Shown one piece after another: positions 58,230 through 64,000 of a stretch of DNA of 64,000 nucleotides. The notes beneath the pieces are model-generated. The model searched no databases. It worked only from the letters and a program-made list of their open reading frames with translations, and was not told the origin of the DNA. Numbering within the stretch: position 1 is the stretch's first letter; each line of letters starts with the position of its first letter. The stretch is from Candidatus Velesiimonas alkalicola. Lineage in GTDB: Bacteria > Omnitrophota > Gorgyraeia > Velesiimonadales > Velesiimonadaceae. The stretch is taken from positions 115-64,114 of the forward strand of contig NDHX01000003.1 of the NCBI GenBank assembly GCA_013626165.1. Direction: 5' to 3'. The position numbers and the translations under genes were made by a program.

Positions 58230-59522
58230 CTATTTCTCTACAACAACCTGCTGTAAAAGTTTTTCAAAACCTGGAAATGATTTTCTAATGCAGGCTGTAT
58301 CTTCAACAACAACAGGACCATCTGCTCTTAAGGCTCCTACCATCATTGACATAGCAGTTCTGTGGTCACCAAAACTTTTGACTTTGCAACTCCTGCCTGT
58401 TTTTATTCCCTGTATATATATATCATTGCCTTTTATATCCATCTTAATCCCGAGATGTTCTAGTCCTTCTTGCATGGAATAAATTCTGTCCGCTTCTTTT
58501 ACTCTCAATTCAGATGCACCCTTTATAACAGATATACCATCAGCAAAACCTGCACAGACCATAAGTATAGGAAGTTCATCTATAACAGAAGGAACTTCAT
58601 CGGGATTTATAATAAAAGGCTTTATGTTTTTTACGCCCTTACAGATAATATCACCCTTAGGTTCATAACCCTGTTCCTTAATCTCTTCTTCTATATCAAC
58701 CCCCATTCTTTTTAGTATGTCTATTACACCAGTCCTTGTTGGATTCAATCCCACATTGCTTATATAAATTTCACTTCCTTCTAAAATAGCCCCTGCACAT
58801 AAAAAAAACGCTGCGCTTGATATGTCCCCCGGAACATTAATTTCTCGGGCAATAAGTCTATCTATCGGTTTTATTGAAATGCTTAAATCTTCAACATGGA
58901 CATCGGCCCCAAAATAGGAAAGCATCCTTTCAGTGTGGTCTCTTGACTTCAAAGGTTCTATTACAGTTGTTGTCCTGTCTGCATAAAGTCCTGCAAGAAG
59001 TATAGCAGATTTCACTTGGGCACTTGCAACACTTGTTCTGTATGTTATTGAACGAAGCCTTTTTCCTTTTATTATTATCGGGGCAAAATTTCCACCGCCA
59101 GAGCCGGCAATATCAGCACCCATAAGCCTTAAAGGCTCTACAACCCTTCCCATAGGCCTTGATGAAAGGGACCTGTCACCTGTAAGTGTAGACTCAAAAT
59201 CCTGTGGCGCAAGAATACCCATTATAATCCTGATAGATGTTCCGGAATTCCCAAAATATAATTCCTTTGAAGGTTTTTTAAGTCCGTACATTTCCACACC
59301 CTGCACAATAATATCAGAGCCCCGTTTTTCAAATCTTACACCCATCTGTTCAAAACATTTTATTGCAAAAATACAATCATCGCCTTCAAGAAAGCCCTTA
59401 ATACAGGTTTTCCCTTGTGAGATACTTCCTGTTATTATTGCCCTCTGGGATATTGATTTATCACCCGGAATTTCAATGCTTCCTTTAATCATTTTTGCGG
59501 GATTTACAAGTATATTTTCCAA
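58230..59522 (-). CDS. aroA: EPSP synthase
   Basis: PGDKSIS, GNSGT, SAQVKS, RDHTE, LRVKE.DR, DHR. Confidence 0.97.
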   Translation of the reverse strand: MENILVNPAKMIKGSIEIPGDKSISQRAIITGSISQGKTCIKGFLEGDDCIFAIKCFEQMGVRFEKRGSDIIVQGVEMYGLKKPSKELYFGNSGTSIRIIMGILAPQDFESTLTGDRSLSSRPMGRVVEPLRLMGADIAGSGGGNFAPIIIKGKRLRSITYRTSVASAQVKSAILLAGLYADRTTTVIEPLKSRDHTERMLSYFGADVHVEDLSISIKPIDRLIAREINVPGDISSAAFFLCAGAILEGSEIYISNVGLNPTRTGVIDILKRMGVDIEEEIKEQGYEPKGDIICKGVKNIKPFIINPDEVPSVIDELPILMVCAGFADGISVIKGASELRVKEADRIYSMQEGLEHLGIKMDIKGNDIYIQGIKTGRSCKVKSFGDHRTAMSMMVGALRADGPVVVEDTACIRKSFPGFEKLLQQVVVEK

Positions 59523-59533
59523 TCCGAGCCTCC

Positions 59534-60532
59534 TTATATCCCTGCATAGATAAGTAAAAGTGGTGTGGTTATCAGCATAAAAAGTGTTGTTACCAGCATA
59601 CTTGCGCCAATGAATTCTTTATCTCCTCCATAGTGTTCAACAAAAATCGCACCTGCAATTGCAACAGGCATAACAGAAACTATTGATGCAACTGTATAGC
59701 CTGTTGTTTGAAGAATATTTCTATATACAAAAAATTTAAGGACCGTCAGCAATATAAATGGTATTATAATAAGCCTCATCAATGTTATAAATATTATCCA
59801 TTTGTCATTAAATACATACTTTGGTTTTAATCTACCTATGTTTATTCCTGCTATAATCATTGCAAGTGGTATGGCGCAGGCTCCTGTATTTTTTATACTT
59901 TCTATGGCTATCTTTGTAAAACGGTAATTCCAGAAATGCAACTCTCTTGTAAAATGAGCAATAATAATTGATAGAAAAAGCACAATAAGTGTCGGGCTTA
60001 AAAGATGTTTCAGACTATGTTTATCCATCCTGGCGCCTGTAATGCTTATGGTTCCTAATGTCCACAAGGCAGTCTCTGAGCCGATTGTCATAAGCGCAAG
60101 TAGAACCACTCCTTCCTGTCCGCAAGTAGACATAACAATAGGAAGCGGAAAGAAAAAGTAATTATTTATAGAACAATTAAAAAGAAATGCCCTTTGTTTA
60201 TTTATATTTGTGTTGAAGAAAACTAAAAATATTTTCCCGATTATATATCCGACAAGAGGCATCAGAAAGCCGAGCACAGGAAGCATCCAGTTTTTTGAAA
60301 TCAAATCAACACTGTACCTTTCAAGCATCACTGTAAAGATAAGACAAGGAAAAGCAATCCGCATCAAAAGTGTGGTTAGTGTTAAGACACCACTCTCCCT
60401 GCATAACAGATAGGTTTCCTTTTTAGAAGAAGCCTGGATATATCTTGAAAATATAACCCCGAATCCCATCAGAATAAAAATATATATTATCTGATAAATA
60501 ACATCAGTTGTGGTGCCTGAAAATATATTCAT
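59534..60532 (-). CDS. AEC family permease
   Basis: About 10 hydrophobic helices, PCLIF, PLAMIIAG, R.IIIP, MP. Confidence 0.82.
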   Translation of the reverse strand: MNIFSGTTTDVIYQIIYIFILMGFGVIFSRYIQASSKKETYLLCRESGVLTLTTLLMRIAFPCLIFTVMLERYSVDLISKNWMLPVLGFLMPLVGYIIGKIFLVFFNTNINKQRAFLFNCSINNYFFFPLPIVMSTCGQEGVVLLALMTIGSETALWTLGTISITGARMDKHSLKHLLSPTLIVLFLSIIIAHFTRELHFWNYRFTKIAIESIKNTGACAIPLAMIIAGINIGRLKPKYVFNDKWIIFITLMRLIIIPFILLTVLKFFVYRNILQTTGYTVASIVSVMPVAIAGAIFVEHYGGDKEFIGASMLVTTLFMLITTPLLLIYAGI

Positions 60533-61806
60533 AAAAGTTTCTTTATCATATCTGCTATTTTATCGGAAGAACCCTTATTCTTTAATATAAGCTCTTTTCC
60601 CTTTTCTCCTATTTGTTCCGCATACTGTTTGTCTTTCAGCAGTTTTTCTATCACTGTTTTTAATTCGGTTTTATTATTTATTTGTATCGCGGCACCTGAA
60701 TTCAACATTATTGATACGGATTCTTTAAAATTAAATGTGTACTTCCCGAACAATACAGGTATCCCAAAAGATGCAGGCTCAAGTATATTGTGTCCTCCCT
60801 TTGGTACAAAACTTCCCCCTACAATTGCAATATCAGCCGCACCGTACAGAAATCTTAATTCGCCCATCGTATCAAGCAAGATGATACTATGCTTTAAGTC
60901 AGTTTGTTTTTTAAAATTACTCAACCTTAACGGATTATATCCATATCTTGTGATAATATCCTCAACCTCTTTAAGTCTTTCAAGATGTCTTGGAGCCAGA
61001 ATAAGAAATCCCTCTTTGATGTACTTAAATGCTTTTAGTATTATTTCTTCTTCACCCCTGTGTGTGCTTCCTGCAACAATCAAAGGATGTGTCAATACAA
61101 ATAATTCTTTGTAATACCCTGTTTTGCTTGAAAAACACATCTCATCTACACTGTCAAATTTAATGTTGCCTGTTACAAAAACATCTTCTGGGTCTGCTCC
61201 TATACCAATAATTCTTCTTGCATCTTCGTCTGTCTGCATAAAAAATCCTGATACACTTTTAAAAACATTTTTTAAAACAGGTTTTATAATTCTATATTTT
61301 TTATAAGAACGGTCAGATATTCTTCCGTTGACAAAAAAAACAGGTATTTTTCTTTTTGAAAGACTGATAAGAAGATTGGGCCAGATTTCGGTTTCCATAA
61401 CAATAACAAGAGACGGATTTATGGCGTCTATTGCTCTTTTTACGCTGAAACTAAAATCAAGCGGGAAATAGATAACCTCTGAGAAATTGCCCCAGTTGTG
61501 TTGGACCACCTCCTGTGCTGTATCAGTGACAGTTGAAAACACCCATTTGTAAGAAGTAAGTCTCTCTTTTAAGGATTTAATAAATTTCTGGGCTGATATT
61601 GCCTCTCCGACACTTACAGAATGGAGCCATATCACAGGAGATTGTTTTGAATATTTAGACAAACGTGTGGGATAAAAACCAAAACGAGATAGAATGCCTT
61701 TTTTATATTTCCCCTGTGTTATTGACTTAAATATAAAAAAGGGTAGTGAAAAAATAAAAAATAAAAAATATGCCACATCTATTATAATCTGCATATTTTT
61801 TGTCAA
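60529..61806 (-). CDS. waaA: Kdo transferase
   Basis: WLHSVSVGE, ETEIWP, GNIKFD, GSTH.GEE, GGHNILEP. Confidence 0.95.
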   Translation of the reverse strand: MTKNMQIIIDVAYFLFFIFSLPFFIFKSITQGKYKKGILSRFGFYPTRLSKYSKQSPVIWLHSVSVGEAISAQKFIKSLKERLTSYKWVFSTVTDTAQEVVQHNWGNFSEVIYFPLDFSFSVKRAIDAINPSLVIVMETEIWPNLLISLSKRKIPVFFVNGRISDRSYKKYRIIKPVLKNVFKSVSGFFMQTDEDARRIIGIGADPEDVFVTGNIKFDSVDEMCFSSKTGYYKELFVLTHPLIVAGSTHRGEEEIILKAFKYIKEGFLILAPRHLERLKEVEDIITRYGYNPLRLSNFKKQTDLKHSIILLDTMGELRFLYGAADIAIVGGSFVPKGGHNILEPASFGIPVLFGKYTFNFKESVSIMLNSGAAIQINNKTELKTVIEKLLKDKQYAEQIGEKGKELILKNKGSSDKIADMIKKLL

Positions 61807-61839
61807 CTATTGTATACCCTCTGATTGTCTTCTTTGTCT

Positions 61840-62727
61840 TTATGCTCTCGGATGCGTTTTTTCATAAACCAATTTTAATCTCTGCGGTGTAAGGTGTGTA
61901 TATATTTGCGTTGTTGAAAGGCTCTGATGACCGAGCAATTCCTGAACAGCCCTTAAGTCCGCTCCTCTGTCAAGCATATGAGTTGCAAACGAATGTCTTA
62001 GTGTGTGTGGTGAAATATTATGCCTTGTGCCTGCAATAGTTATATATTTTTCAACAATTCTTCTTATAGAGCGGTCTAAAAGACGTCCGCCTTTATGATT
62101 TAAAAATACTGCTTTCTGGTTGATATTTTTTACTCCCAATTTATTTAAGTATCTGTCTTTTTTCTCAAGGTAGGTCTTTATATAAGAAAGTGCTCTGTCT
62201 CCAATAGGAACGAGCCTTTGTTTTTTCCCTTTTCCGAATACAACAATACTTCCTCCGATAAAATCAATATCATCTTTATCTAATCCGACAAGTTCGCTTA
62301 CCCTTATACCGGTGCTGTACAATGTTTCAAGAACCGCTCTATCACGGATTCCAGATACATCATCTTCAGGTGGGGCTTCAAGAAGTTTTATAATCTCTGC
62401 TTCATCAAGTACAATGGGAAGTCTTTTTTCTTTCCGAGGAAGGCTCACCGCAGCCGCAGGGTTGGAAGATAGATGCCCTTCCCTGCACATAAACCTGAAA
62501 AAAGACCTTAAACAGGCTATCTTTCTTCTTATACTGCTTTTATTGTACTTCTCTTTTAGTATTGAAAGAAATGCCCTGATGGTAAGATAGTCTATTTCTT
62601 TTAAGGGTTTATCCGCTATATATGTCTTAAAATTTTTCAGGTCATTTGAATAGGCCTTCAGTGTGTTCACAGATGCATTTCTTTCAACCTCAAGATATCT
62701 TAAATATCTTTCAATAAAAATTTCCAT
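61840..62727 (-). CDS. xerC: Tyrosine recombinase XerC
   Basis: TGIRVSE, GKG.KQR, HTLRHSFATH, LGH, TQIYTH. Confidence 0.88.
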   Translation of the reverse strand: MEIFIERYLRYLEVERNASVNTLKAYSNDLKNFKTYIADKPLKEIDYLTIRAFLSILKEKYNKSSIRRKIACLRSFFRFMCREGHLSSNPAAAVSLPRKEKRLPIVLDEAEIIKLLEAPPEDDVSGIRDRAVLETLYSTGIRVSELVGLDKDDIDFIGGSIVVFGKGKKQRLVPIGDRALSYIKTYLEKKDRYLNKLGVKNINQKAVFLNHKGGRLLDRSIRRIVEKYITIAGTRHNISPHTLRHSFATHMLDRGADLRAVQELLGHQSLSTTQIYTHLTPQRLKLVYEKTHPRA

Positions 62728-62728
62728 C

Positions 62729-63148
62729 CTACTTAAACACACCTACAAACTTCATCCTTAATTCATAAAGAACATCTTCTATTGCTTTTGCCTCCTGAGG
62801 AGAAAGATTGCCCTCTGTTTTTTCTTTTATCATCCCGAGCATGTCAACCGTCTGTTTTGCTCTTTCAACATCTCTTACCCTGTTTCCAGCCTCATCAACA
62901 GGCATCTCACCCATAAACACCAGTGCCTGTGTTGCAAGACTGCTTATAAGCATACCGAAAAGATTTGCACTCTGTTCTTCAAATTCAGGCTGAGGTTTGC
63001 TCTGTCTTTGTTGTTGAGGTTCTTCAGAAGTAAAGGTTTTTGACGCTTCCTGTTTTGCCTCATCCCTGGACTTTTCCTTTTCTACACCTTCTTTCCAGGA
63101 TTCATCAACCCTTTTTTCTATAATTTTAAAATCCTTATTTTTTTCCAT
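62729..63148 (-). CDS. DUF1844 family protein
   Basis: AKQTVDML..KTEGNLS.QE..L.ELRMKF; GGAGG RBS. Confidence 0.8.
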   Translation of the reverse strand: MEKNKDFKIIEKRVDESWKEGVEKEKSRDEAKQEASKTFTSEEPQQQRQSKPQPEFEEQSANLFGMLISSLATQALVFMGEMPVDEAGNRVRDVERAKQTVDMLGMIKEKTEGNLSPQEAKAIEDVLYELRMKFVGVFK

Positions 63149-63162
63149 AATTCCTCCTTGGA

Positions 63163-63222
63163 GCCAGTTACCAGAGCACCAGTCACCAGAGCACCAGTGC
63201 ACCAGTCACCAGTGCACCAGTC
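63163..63222. repeat. 7-8 nt tandem repeat (CCAGTCA/CCAGAGCA), related to 8570-8600
   Basis: Several imperfect copies; reverse-complement array CTGGTGC(A/T) at 8570-8600. Confidence 0.8.
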
Positions 63223-63230
63223 TCCGGTCT

Positions 63231-63854
63231 TTAGTATCTGCTTTCTATTATTTCTTTTACTCTCATAAGCCTTGTAAGATTTGACCTTTCATCCTCTGAA
63301 AGTTTAATGGTAATGCCTCTGGTTGTCTCCAGAAGAGAAGGAATCAGCACATATTCTAATGCATTTACCCTTCTTCTTGTTTTTTCTATCTCTTTTGCAA
63401 GAAGTTCAACCTTTGTTTCTATTTCTGCAAGTTTTATCATACTTGACCACAAACCACAAACAAGTCCTACTGCCTTATCAAGATAAACTCCTGTATGTGC
63501 AAAACCATAGGAATAAGGGTCTATCCTGCCTGAAATCTTAAAAACAGGCACTTTTATATTTAATACATTTTGAACCGAGACATCAACAGTTATGCTCCCC
63601 TTTGGGAATGCAAGGGCACTGTGCAATTCCTCTTGTGTCATTTTGGACCTTGCCAATAAAAAGGCAAATTGTGCCTCTTTTAATTGCGCATCAAGTTCTA
63701 TCCTTAATTTTTTTGCGGCTTTTATGGTAAGGATAAACATTTTCATCAGTTCTTCTTGTTTGTCTTTGAGAAGTTTATGTCCTTTTTTTGCAAGAATAGT
63801 TCTTTTCTTTATCCTTAAAAGTTCCATTCTATTGGGATTTACAGTAAGTTTCAT
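63231..63854 (-). CDS. V/A-type ATP synthase subunit D
   Basis: PNRMEL..GHKLLKDK, KTRRRVNALEYVLIP. Confidence 0.93.
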   Translation of the reverse strand: MKLTVNPNRMELLRIKKRTILAKKGHKLLKDKQEELMKMFILTIKAAKKLRIELDAQLKEAQFAFLLARSKMTQEELHSALAFPKGSITVDVSVQNVLNIKVPVFKISGRIDPYSYGFAHTGVYLDKAVGLVCGLWSSMIKLAEIETKVELLAKEIEKTRRRVNALEYVLIPSLLETTRGITIKLSEDERSNLTRLMRVKEIIESRY

Positions 63855-63855
63855 A

Positions 63856-64000
63856 TTAACCCCTCAACATAGGAAAACATATTGCATCAGAAACCCTGCA
63901 CACATCCCTCATCTGTGCAACATCGTGCACCCTTACAATATGTGCCGCTTTTAAAATAGCAAGAGCAACAGTGGCGGCGGTGCCAAAAATTCTTTCATCC
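63856..64000 (-). CDS. folP: Dihydropteroate synthase, C-terminal part (5' end outside the window)
   Basis: Manual translation DERIFGTAATVA..AHIVRVHDV..*. Confidence 0.8.
   Translation of the reverse strand, partial: DERIFGTAATVALAILKAAHIVRVHDVAQMRDVCRVSDAICFPMLRG

Noticed and set aside
61840-62727. Tyrosine recombinase as an island or phage integrase
   Set aside because: Size, motifs and housekeeping context fit chromosomal XerC.

Overview
Mostly minus-strand, AT-rich core chromosome of an anaerobic diderm bacterium; gene content (LpxC-FabZ fusion, DUF1844, class III RNR, 2-oxoacid:ferredoxin oxidoreductase) suggests a PVC/Omnitrophota-like lineage, which is an inference. Housekeeping blocks: lipid A genes, nrdR-nrdD with tandem NrdR boxes, a methyl-branch C1 cluster (fhs, fchA, folD, MetV-RnfC fusion, metV, metF) interleaved with sugar genes, murI/amidase, smpB-ssrA, purA, ilvE, trpB, plsX-rpmF, coaD, gltX, a four-subunit oxoacid oxidoreductase, a dcw cluster without murD, bioF, aroA, waaA and xerC. 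RNA genes are three tRNAs (Val-GAC, Leu-TAA, Gln-CTG) and tmRNA. The most striking feature is missed by the ORF track. At 1-3130, next to tRNA-Val, a Type III-like DNA methyltransferase gene has been invaded repeatedly, in frame, by a ~45-bp double-hairpin repeat. Two of the insertions are cassettes in which an inverted pair of the repeat brackets a DUF559/Vsr-like endonuclease domain. Cargo-free, nested and solo copies occur in the same gene and at 35.4 kb and 44.8 kb. Other accessory features: a shared element architecture downstream of tRNA-Leu and tmRNA, a RAYT-type transposase with 24-bp inverted repeats, a GC-rich hflK-hflC-J-domain block, a queC pseudogene with a TA-flanked MITE, a pta-ackA deletion scar and several small dispersed repeats. 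All calls come from reading motifs by eye; no database search was run.
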